The notes below the pieces were generated by a model. That model saw only the letters and a list, made by a program, of their open reading frames with translations, was not told the origin of the DNA and searched no databases. A stretch of DNA of 61,931 bases, the filler included, from Choristocarpus tenellus KU-1152 (taxonomy: Eukaryota > Protista > Phaeophyceae), in the NCBI GenBank assembly GCA_964200185.2. It is 14 parts of 14 records of this genome, joined end to end, with 100 filler letters (N's around TTAATTAATTAA, not from the genome) between each part and the next. Parts side by side here need not be neighbours in the genome. Positions count along the whole stretch, not along the records: positions 49,046 to 55,175 come from CAXNAD020008872.1; positions 55,276 to 58,447 come from CAXNAD020021795.1; positions 58,548 to 61,931 come from CAXNAD020020404.1; 11 more parts are not named here. One strand, 5' to 3'. The translations under genes and the position numbers were made by a program. This document shows positions 49,137 through 59,083 of this stretch, in pieces (position 1 is the first letter of the stretch; every line of letters starts with the position of its first letter).

Positions 49137-50261
49137 CTATTTTGCACACTCCCCCATGAGAGTGCAGGCAATGAAAGAGTTGCAGGAACTCTCAAACCTA
49201 AAACATCGTATTGTGTACACTCCCCATTCTGCATATCTTCCCAGTTCCCGCACACTGTAGGATAGGTCTGGTCGTATCATCCCTACTAGGAACATAAGTT
49301 TCCTCAAGATGGTGCGATAAGGTTTGTACCTCTGGTCCAGCTCCTCCTCGTCAGTTCTTCTTGCTGTCAGGTCCATTCCTGGGTTTAAAGGTGATGAGGT
49401 ACTCCGTATTTCTGTAGATCCCATTCCTTCACGAACAATGCTCTCTGCATAGAAATGTTGGTCTAGTGTGATGCCAGCCTCATCCCTGTTGATTGCCACC
49501 CCAACTAACTTGTCTGGGGTCCCGAGGTCCCGTCCTTCGTATTTGGTAAGCAGATTGTTCTTCATCCTCCTTATTTCTTCAAGGAAGTTTCCGGTCAATG
49601 AGATGTCATCCACATAGTGAAAAAGAACAGCGATCCTTCCATCTTCACTCCTTTTTACATATAAGCAGGCATCAAAATCGCTAACACTCCATCCTTCAGC
49701 TAAAATTGTTTCCTTTAGCTCCTTGTACCACTCCATTGCTGATTGCTTAAGGCCATAGATAGCCCTGGCAGCTTTTACGATGGATCCATTGGGCAGTTGT
49801 AGCCACACATCTTCAGGGAGTGGTGCGTTCAGGTAGACTCGAGTGACGTCTAGGGAGTTGATGATCCAGTTTCTGTTAGCTACTGTAGCCAGGACTGCTC
49901 GAATCACGTCAAATCCCACCACTGGACTAAATGTGCTGAAGTAGTCCACCCCTTCTTGTTGGGAAAAGCCCCGTGCCACCAACCTGGCCTTGTATCTTTC
50001 GATATCTCCATGTGCAGTCCTTTTTATTTTGAATGTAAAATTGACGGGTCTCCTCCCTGGTGGTAGACGTTCTCCCTCATGGAAGGTTCCTTTGGTTCGT
50101 TGGCCCTCCATTTCTTGTTCCATTGCCTTCTTCCAGTGTTCTGCATCAGGCCCTACGAGGGCTTCTGCGATGGTTGATGGCTCCTGGTGGCCTATTGAGA
50201 TGTCACCTGCCATGCCCATCAAACAGTATGCATCATCCGTGCTTGATCTTAGCAGATTCAC
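49137..50261 (-). pseudogene. Copia reverse transcriptase, RNase H deleted
   Basis: WKKAMEQE, YKARLVARGFSQQEGVDY, AIYGLKQS, YVDD, RPDLSYSV; runs into the PPT about 90 bp later. Confidence 0.93.
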
Positions 50262-50297
50262 TATATTCTCTCCAAGTTCTTCTGTATCTCCAGAGTG

Positions 50298-51381
50298 TTA
50301 ACCCCCGTAGTCCACCCTGGGTTGTTCAGCTATCCTAGCTGACGTCTGTTGTCCACTAGGTGAACTTGAGTTCTTTCCAACGCCTGTTGCTTGGGGTATC
50401 GGATCGACTGCAATATCGAAATCCCGATCAGAGTCGTCTTCAGTATCAGAAATTTCTTCATCATCCGTTGAACTCGTGTTCTCTTTCTCTCCCACAAAGT
50501 CCATGATGTGTTCGTCTGGCTCGAATGTCACGTGGGCTGAGGTTACCAACTTGGCCTCTTGAGGAAGCCAGATGTGCCAGCATAATGATGTACGATCATA
50601 TCCCATTATTTTACCTCTCTTGGTGCATGGGTGGAACTTTGAACTGGCCCCTCTCTGCTGCTTGTCCTGATGAACATAGCACTCGCTCCCCCAGGCCTGA
50701 AGCCTATTGTAGTTGAACGACTTTCCTGTAAGACGCTCGCATGGCGTCTCTCCTCCCAGGTATTCGTGTGGCATGCCTCCAGTCTTGAAGGCAACGTCCG
50801 TGATGGCAAAGAACCAATACTTGTCGCCCAGCCCAGCCTTTACCAGTTGACTCCTTGCTGCTCTCATGAGTGGCTTTATCGCCCTTTCGGCGATTCCATT
50901 GCTCTGTAATGTTCTCGGTGGAGATTTCCTCCGTCGGGTACCGTTGTTCGCCAGCATCCTTTGGAACTTCATCGATCTCCCAAGCTCTCCAGCACCATCC
51001 CCACTGATGCATTTGACTGGAATACCTTCCCTGGCCATCTGGTCGATATAAGCAGCGGTTGAGTCCGTCGCTGAGTTTTTCGTCTTCAATCCATACACCC
51101 TCTTGTCTCGGCTGCTATTGTCAAAAACTCCTGAAAATACTGGTGGCCAGTGATGTCTGCTATAAAAGTCCCGCCAAATCTGTGTGGACAACCTTGCCGA
51201 GCTGCTTGGGGGTCCTGCCACCCCGTTGATAGCTTAGGTCCTCGGACTTGCATTCCTTGCAGGTCTCGTATTGCAGTTCTGACGCCACAGTAGCATTGGT
51301 GATCTCCAACAGTCCACGCTTCTTGAGGTGCTTGATAGCTGAAGGGTTGATGTGACCTAATATGTTATGCCAGTCCTTCAA
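50298..51381 (-). pseudogene. Copia GAG-pre-integrase and integrase, frameshifted
   Basis: WHNILGHIN, VHTDLAG, ISGDGAGE, QSNGIAERAI, RLQAWGSECYVH. Confidence 0.92.
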
Positions 51382-51405
51382 TGTCAGCCTCTGCTTTTGG
51401 TTGGC

Positions 51406-52677
51406 TCAGGCTTTGCAGGCTTTCGATTCTTGTTCCATGTTGATTATGGTTCCGGTTAAATTTAAGAACCCCCCTGATTTTTGTAGGTTTATCTCGGGCG
51501 AACTGTTGGAGGCCCTCAGATAACTTTCCTTTGTTCCTGAATCCATCAATTCTCGTACATTCCGTCGTATACTTCCAGTACTCAATATGCGGCACGGTAA
51601 ATCTGGGACCCATAGAACGTCCTTCAGAACCACTCTTGTTGGTTTGCCATCCTTGTCCGTCACCATTAGAACCATATCCCCGATTTCCTTTGCTTCCAAT
51701 TTCCCATTGTTTCCGAAGGTGCATGTGCGTTTGGTGCCCCGAGTACTTCTGAGATCTTCACGATGATCAGGTGTAAGATGTACGTTTGCTCCAGAATCAC
51801 AAAATATCTCGACTTGTCTTCCACTGGAGGAGTTGAACACCGCACTTTTGTTAACCTCCTCGTCTGCTTTCACTTTGAAACTGGAGAAGGAGCGCGCTTG
51901 GTTTCCGTCGACTTTGTTGCTGCTCCCACGAGTTGGAGGTGGCAGAAATGTTCCGGGTGCCATCCCAGGCGGACATGTTGCCGGCGGCTTTTCATTTAAG
52001 TATCGGTAGCAATTCTGCCATCGATGGTTCATCCTTAAACAATTTCCACATTGGTTTGGCCTGAGGCTGCTTCCAGCTGATCCTCTGGTCTTCCGAGCAT
52101 GGCCGTTCTTCACATTGCCATGCATTGCTAATACCCCATCATGACCATCTTGACCCGAGTGAAGGTAAGTTGTCGACGAGATGACTGCCCGTTTGAGCTC
52201 CTCATAGCTGATGTCCGGGCGCGTTATTAATTGCGCAAACACATGTGGCATTGATTCCTTGATTCCAACTAGTATAGATACCCTCTTCATGTTTTCGGAT
52301 TTAGGCTCCTTGAGCTCCTCGAATCCCGAAAATAGTCGTTCAAGTTTGATGACAAAATCGGTGCTGTCCTGAGATGCTGTGCACCGTAATTCGCGGAGTT
52401 TTGCCTCCAATGTGATAACTTGTACGGGGATTTCGTCCTCTGCGCGTCCACCGTAGACTTTTTCTAGTTCCAACCTAGCTCCTCTGCCGTCTGGTTGACC
52501 TCCATTTTCGTATTTGGCCACAATCGTCGATGCTGATCCTTTCGTTGTTTTTAGAAGGAGGAACCGTAACACCTTGTTATTCATCGAGTATGTGGCATGT
52601 GCCGTATGCACTGCCTCTCCCGAGATGGTGGAGGGAGTTTCAGGAATCTCGTAGTCCCTTGTCGTTATTTCGTACAA
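51406..52677 (-). CDS. Copia gag and aspartic protease
   Basis: Zinc knuckle CGNCLRMNHRWQNC; protease FCDSGANVHLT and VLKDVLWVPDL..ILS. Confidence 0.9.
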   Translation of the reverse strand: MYEITTRDYEIPETPSTISGEAVHTAHATYSMNNKVLRFLLLKTTKGSASTIVAKYENGGQPDGRGARLELEKVYGGRAEDEIPVQVITLEAKLRELRCTASQDSTDFVIKLERLFSGFEELKEPKSENMKRVSILVGIKESMPHVFAQLITRPDISYEELKRAVISSTTYLHSGQDGHDGVLAMHGNVKNGHARKTRGSAGSSLRPNQCGNCLRMNHRWQNCYRYLNEKPPATCPPGMAPGTFLPPPTRGSSNKVDGNQARSFSSFKVKADEEVNKSAVFNSSSGRQVEIFCDSGANVHLTPDHREDLRSTRGTKRTCTFGNNGKLEAKEIGDMVLMVTDKDGKPTRVVLKDVLWVPDLPCRILSTGSIRRNVRELMDSGTKESYLRASNSSPEINLQKSGGFLNLTGTIINMEQESKACKA

Positions 52678-53174
52678 ACCCTTTCCTCCGGCGTGGGCGA
52701 TCAGTGACAGTCTCCAAGCTGATCAGGTCTCCAATGACCTTCCTGTCGCCCCTGTCCAGACAGCAACTTCCTTCAGGTCAGTCTTCATACTACTTAGGCT
52801 CATAACCTGTGCAAATTACCTTGGGAGGTAATGCTATTTCTCAGTAGTGAAGATAAGAGGGTGTGAAGCCTCATACGACCCTTTTGCTGAACGTGAAAAA
52901 GAATGGATGATTGAAATTAGAAGAGTGACCTTTGTGGGGTGTCTTCTCATTGCTTGTTTATTATTTATTTGTGCTTCTAAGTCAACGGTTATGTCAAAGT
53001 AGTTGAATGCGGAATAAATACCAATACATAATCCCATACATAATCCGGATGTACTATCTCATTAGTACATCACATGGACTTAATCAAAATGACTATCTCT
53101 CATACCCAAAATAAGGTACACCTCACTATTGTCCCATTTTGCACAGACTTGTCCAGAAACAGGCACGTGTAGAA

Positions 53175-53433
53175 GAGTGAGGGTATCTTAGAGGGTACGA
53201 GTTTTGCCCCGTTTGTCCATTCGGGGCTTGGCTTCTCATGGGTTATTTTATGACATTTTGGTACTCCAAAATATTTTGGAGTAGGTAAAATGTAAACATT
53301 ATGAAAAGTTGTGTCCAGAACAAGGATATGGATACTTCCTAACAAAAATGATAGCCAAAATTACATCAAAATCGCAACATTGGATTTTGGCCCACAAATG
53401 GACATAGCTCTACCCTCTAAGATACTTTGACTC
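53175..53433. mobile_element. MITE family A, complete
   Basis: Family TIRs; flanks AGAA/AGGA. Confidence 0.9.
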
Positions 53434-53457
53434 AGGAGCGTTTTGGTCTATACTGTA

Positions 53458-53714
53458 GAGCCAAAGTATCTTAGAGGGTAGAACCGCGTCCATTTGGGGT
53501 CCAAAACCCAATGTTGCGATATTGGTAATTTTGGTTATTGTGTTTGTTAGGAAGTGTAAATATCCTTGTTCCAGACACACCTTTTCACAACGTACACATT
53601 TTTCCTACTCTGAAACATTTCGGAGTTGGAAAATGTCATAAAAAAGCCCAACGGAAGCCAAGCCCCAAATGGACAAACAGGGAAAAACTCGTACCCTCTA
53701 AGATACTTTCAATC
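53458..53714. mobile_element. MITE family A, complete, inverted relative to 53175 copy
   Basis: Family TIRs; no clean TSD. Confidence 0.9.
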
Positions 53715-53915
53715 AATTGTGGCAAACGTTGAACACACAACGGATCCAATACTTCCCCACAAGGTCCATGGTTTTCTACGCAACGTATTTGGGTGCTGCA
53801 TTAGATAGGTTCGGCCTCGGGAATAAAAAAACGTTTATTCTGCGTGCCAAGAGCTTGACTCTGCAGTTTGTTCTTTACAAAATATGTAACGAAGTACATT
53901 CTATACCACATTCAC

Positions 53916-55135
53916 CTCGATCTGGTAGCCGAAATCCGTCGCCACCGTCTTCGTAACGAAAACGGTCGCCTCATCGCGTCCCATTGCCTTTCCCTGAGGA
54001 TTGACGGCCTCAGTAAAACATCGCTGCATCTCCGTTGGGACGAGGGTCTACCCCAAGGCTTCCGGCAGGCAGGAAGGGCCTATCACGCGTTCTTGAACGA
54101 GAGACGGTGATACCTGCAACATCATGTGCGTACATGTGACAGCCCAACCATGTGGCATTGAAGTGTTTGCCATGCGATAAGGTTTCGTTACGTACGTAGG
54201 GGTTATTCCGGCGTTAGTTAAAGATCTTGTGGTGTACCGCAGCACGTTTGTTTTTTTCGTGTGGGGAAGGAGGACACTACAACGTACCGACGCTCACACA
54301 CAAAGTCTTGGGGTCTTGCGATTTCCAGCAGTGGTGTGGGTAACTGCGTGCACCGTGTTAGCAATGTGTAAACATCGACAAGGAAACATCACTACAACAA
54401 TCGCACGCCCGAGAACTATCCATAGGGAACCAAGACAGACAACAAGTTGGAAAGCAACGGAAAAAAAGCCAGCACACTCTTCTTACCTTCCACTTGCCGT
54501 CCTTGTAGGTTTGGCCGAAGGAGGTCTCCATCTTCTCTTTCACCTCGTCCTTTGACACCGCGTTGGACACGAACACCTCCACCCTCCTGCTCTGTTCAAG
54601 GGCCGCCTCCACCACGTTGTGCCTCTCTACGCTGAAGGAGACGACGGTGTCCCCAGCATTCGTGTACCTATCATATGAGGGCAGTTCGCCAATTATCCCG
54701 AGGAGTACATTGTATTGCGCATGGATTCATCATATCGCAATATATGAGTAACGTACTGATACAGGGCAACACACTCTTGGTGCGGTTTGATGCTTAACGT
54801 ACTGATTGAGGGAAACACACTCATGGTACGGTTTGACGCCCCTGAACCGTCACCCAGCTTGTTATGTTACTGTTTAACGATGATCTACACCTATACCAAA
54901 AAAATTCGCTGCTCCCGTGAAGAAGGGTGTGTGTGACGTTATTAACGAACCTGTTAACGAGGAAGTGGAGGGCCCTCATGGGGATGTCCGTTGCAGCACC
55001 TTGGTACTCGACGTCACACATGGTTTGGAGTACCGGAGGAGATGCATCACTCCCGTGGCCAAAGATGTCGTCGACGGTGACTCGCTTGTTGCATGTGAAC
55101 TCTGTCCCATCGTTGAGCGTGAGAAGAATCATGTC
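53916..55135 (-). CDS. Intron-containing gene or pseudogene with a beta-class N6A/N4C DNA methyltransferase-like segment
   Basis: Exons 54951-55135, 54487-54667 and 53916-54113 are GT-AG and in phase; TDIPMRALHFLVNRYTNAGDTVVSFSVERHNVVEAALEQSRR aligns ungapped to N6_N4_Mtase motif X-I; in-frame TAG at 54048-54050. Confidence 0.6.
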
Positions 55136-55933
55136 CTGACAACATCTGAGATGGTTATCAGTGCCTGCGAGAGAGNNNNNNNNNNNNNNNNNNNNNNNNN
55201 NNNNNNNNNNNNNNNNNNNTTAATTAATTAANNNNNNNNNNNNNNNNNNNNNNNNNNNNNNNNNNNNNNNNNNNNGTTGGGGGTGGGTGTGCTGCGCGTG
55301 GGAGGCGTGTATTTGTGTTTTGTTTGGTGGGGGGGGGGGGTGGGGGTGGGGGTCTTGGGAGAGTTCGTTATGAGTCTCGACGAAACCTGACTTTTTGTGT
55401 TCTGTACCTGTTCCGACCCCTAACCCTAACCATAAATATCTCGGTGAGTTTCTAACACCATCTTGTGCACTATTTTGTAGCCTGCCACCAAAAACTGTTT
55501 GAACTGATGCTGAAGAGAGGATGTAGTTAAAATCCTTTTTATTACATACATATATATATATTATATTTCTCAGTGTGTGTTTTTGGAGCTGTGAATATAT
55601 CCAAGCATATGTAATGTTTGTTTTTGGTTGGTAGAATGGGATGTCATGTCTTCACTCTGATCCAGATCATTCGCTATCGAGATCATTCGCTTTGGTCTTT
55701 TGCGCGTAGGCCAGTATATGCTGTAGAAGGCTGTCATCACTCTCACTCTCACTCTAACCCTAATCCTAACTCTAACCCTAACTCTCACTCTAACTCTAAC
55801 CCTATCCCTAACTCTAACCTCTTTCCTGACGAGCCCGAAGCGGTACTGCCCCGAGCCCACTTACGCTTGACAAAAAAGAAAATACAACACAAAACACCTC
55901 CGATTTCCGGGGTGAGAGCAAATTCGATGCTTG

Positions 55934-55971
<38 letters not shown>

Positions 55972-56939
55972 TTACATTTATATTTAATATTGGTCGTATC
56001 AGTGGATGCATACTAGCATAGTAATAGTAGCTTTTGATCGGAGGTTGGACAGCGGCAGGTACGGACGGATTAATTGATACCAGTAGATCGCTAAATCGAT
56101 GCAACGTTTAGTTAATCAGAATCATTAAATGGATGGAAAAGACCTTTTCTGATCGTTCAAAAAATAAATATATTATATATTTTTTTGGCGTGAAGACTTT
56201 CTGATAAAAGAAAAATAGTATCTATCTATCTATCTATTTTTTTTTTTGGTGTGAATACCCACTGCACGCATTGGCCAATGACCTCAGTGATTTTCTGGCA
56301 TTGCCCTAGTTATTGGTACGTTGGTTGTGTGCTTACTTACAATTCCGATTTTTTTTTTTTAATATTGATTGCTGTGCGTGCTTGCAAAAGGATTTTTTTT
56401 TTTCTTCTTTCTGGGTCGGTGCATAAGTTTGATTGGCTGCGCTTGCCGATTCGCACGCGTGTGATTGGTCGAGGCGATTGCATTTGGCGGTGGTGTTGAT
56501 GTACAGATTGCTTTGTGTTGTGTTGTGTTGTGTTGTGTCTCTGGATTGCTGAGGCGCATGGTGGGGTCACTGAGGTTGCAGGCAGTTGCCACATCTGCCT
56601 CTAAGTCCTGCTTTTGTATCTGTGCTATCTGTGCTATCTGTGCTATCTGTGCTATCTGTGCTACACACGGGGGTGTGTAGAGGACACTATGTATGCATGC
56701 TGACAGTCATGTGTATATATGTACACACACACATGCTGGGTATGTTGTATTGAAAGAAAAGTGGTGTAGTGTTGTATATATTTTATTTTATTGTATATAG
56801 TTGTTATTGTATTATATTTTTGTCCTGTATTTTCATTGTTTAGTGTATGTTGTGCCTTTATTATGTCTTTATATTATTTTTTTCTATTATGACTTTACAT
56901 CACATCGTGTATCATATATCGTTTCGTTACACTTTATAC

Positions 56940-57245
56940 TATTATATTCTATTGTATCCTTATATATATACTGTATTTTATGTTAATACTATCATTATGT
57001 TGTTTTACTACTATCGTATTCTTACATATACTGTATTATATGTTACAATTAATGTTATATTGTTTTACTATTATTGTATCCCTACATATACTGTATTTTA
57101 TGTTAATACTAACATTATGTTTTACTACTACCATATCCTTACATATATTGTATTATATGTTAATATTAACATCATGTTCTACTACTACCACATCCTTACA
57201 TACACTGTATTATATGTTAATATCAACATCATGTTGTTTTACTAC
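56940..57245. repeat. AT-rich intronic minisatellite (57-60-bp unit)
   Basis: Repeats of TACTGTATTATATGTTAATATTAACATCATGTT(C/T)TACTACTACCA(C/T)ATCCTTACATA. Confidence 0.88.
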
Positions 57246-57289
57246 ATAGCTTTTGTGTACACTGTTGCTGCATCGCCTTCTACCTACAG

Positions 57290-57542
57290 AGATTGTTTTA
57301 CAAAAGACTCAGAGGATACACTGTGGAGAACATTAGAAGGCATTCTTGCCGACCCATTTGCTACCCCTTCTCAGTTATCAACAGCGAAGGCTGGAGTGGA
57401 TTCATCCCCAAGCACCACAAAGGCAGAGGGAGGAGTTGGTGGGAAAGAGGGTGGCAAGACCACAGTTTTCAAGGAGCTGGAAGGCGTAGACGAGTCTCTC
57501 AGGGCCGCCTGTAATGAGCTAATACGACTCATGCTTCTACAG
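57290..57542 (+). CDS. Internal exon of an unidentified protein
   Basis: cag|a DCFTKDSEDTLWRTLEGILADPF...ESLRAACNELIRLMLLQ|gtgtgt; GC-richer coding-like island between simple repeats. Confidence 0.7.
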
Positions 57543-58373
57543 GTGTGTGTGTGTGTGTTTTTTTGTTTTTTTAAAAATTTATTTTTCAGTGTGTGATGTA
57601 CCCCCCAACTGTTACAGTTGAACCTGCTGATTTTCTGTTTTAGTGTTAGTGTTAGTGTTAGTGTTATTAGTTTTAAGTGTTGTTGTTATGTGTTAGTGTT
57701 AAGGTTAGTGTTAGCATTAGGGTAAGGGTTAGGGTAAGGGTTAGTGTTAGGGTTAGGGTTGGATCCAACACTTGAGGTTACTGGTGTTGGCTTTTGATCC
57801 CTAGCTGAGGGACTGGCCTGGAGATCTTTGGCCAATGAAATGAGGTACGGTTTGGTAAAAGGGCAGTGGGAAGGAGATGTCGGGTAGATAAGGTTAGGGC
57901 CTGCAGAGGACTACTTCGAGGGGAGATGTGGACGGGGCATTGGATGTGATGGTGGCGAGTTTGTGCTTGGGGGAGGGGCAGTGCCGGTCTTACAGGTACA
58001 GTAGGAAGGGTTGATTTAAAAATAAATAAATGTGGATTTGGGCTCTGCTGTGTAGTCTAGTAACAGTTGCTTGATTGTATTCATAATATATGGGGTGGCG
58101 TCTTGTTGCCGTGGAAGGGAGTCAATGGGTAGTTCCACGACAGGGTAGATTTGTAACTTGATTTAAGTGTAATGGTTTTATTTTTATTTTCCGGTTGGCA
58201 TTTTCCACGCACACTTTTTATTTTTATTTTTATTTATATTTATATGTATCTTAGTCCTAGTGTATCTATGCCTGCTGTGTATTATCTCGTGCATAAGACA
58301 CACCCTCTCAAAGACACACCCTCTCTAAGACACACCCTCTCAACTGCCCTCAATTGACTTACCCTGTCTCTGT

Positions 58374-58410
<37 letters not shown>

Positions 58411-58547
58411 GTTACTTGGCCCCCCCCTCCCGATGTCCCCAAAAAAANNNNNNNNNNNNNNNNNNNNNNNNNNNNNNNNNNNNNNNNNNNNTTAATTAAT
58501 TAANNNNNNNNNNNNNNNNNNNNNNNNNNNNNNNNNNNNNNNNNNNN

Positions 58548-58661
58548 AACTTTCAGACACTGCATATGTTGGTAATTTATTAGGTGATTAACTTTCAGAC
58601 ACTGCATATGTTGGTAATTTATTAGGTGATTAACTTTCAGACACTGCATATGTTGGTAATT
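58548..58661. repeat. 42-bp perfect tandem repeat (2.7 copies) at contig start
   Basis: AACTTTCAGACACTGCATATGTTGGTAATTTATTAGGTGATT. Confidence 0.92.
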
Positions 58662-59083
58662 CCCACCGCGGGGATTTTCACGAAGCTGACCAATAAAGGG
58701 AATGACAATTTATTCCATTGTTGCAATCGTGTCATGCCTTTCCACTTGTACTTCCACACCCTAACCCTAATGCTTTAATGCTCGTTATCTGTGCACCTAG
58801 ACCAGGAAGGCGGTATATGAGCTGAACGTCATTGATGACAAGGCTCCTCTCTTTTTCTTCTTGGCGCAATTCCTTGCTCTCTTGTGTCTAATCTTTTTTG
58901 TCAACCTTGAACAGATTTCTTGCTTGATCTTTACTCCTGTTCCTTATGACCCTTGCTTCTGCACCCCCCCCCCCCTTGTATCCCAGTGCCGCTCCTGCCC
59001 CTGGCCCAAGTCCATAAACCTTAACATTATAGTCTCAAACTCCCACACTCTTCCTGGTCCTGATATATTTTTCTTTTCACAAG

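Larger units (their letters stand above)
49046..53145 (-). mobile_element. Ty1/copia LTR retrotransposon, defective
   Basis: 5' LTR 52808-53145 (TGTGCAAA...TTTGCACA), primer site GGTTATGAGCC 52797-52807, gag-PR-IN-RT order, PPT ATGGGGGAG, 3' LTR 49046-49148 cut by contig end. Confidence 0.96.

Noticed and set aside
54048-54050. In-frame TAG as a sign of a non-standard genetic code
   Set aside because: The reconstructed conserved genes have no internal stops and genes end in TAA, TGA and probably TAG; a nonsense mutation or a true stop is simpler.
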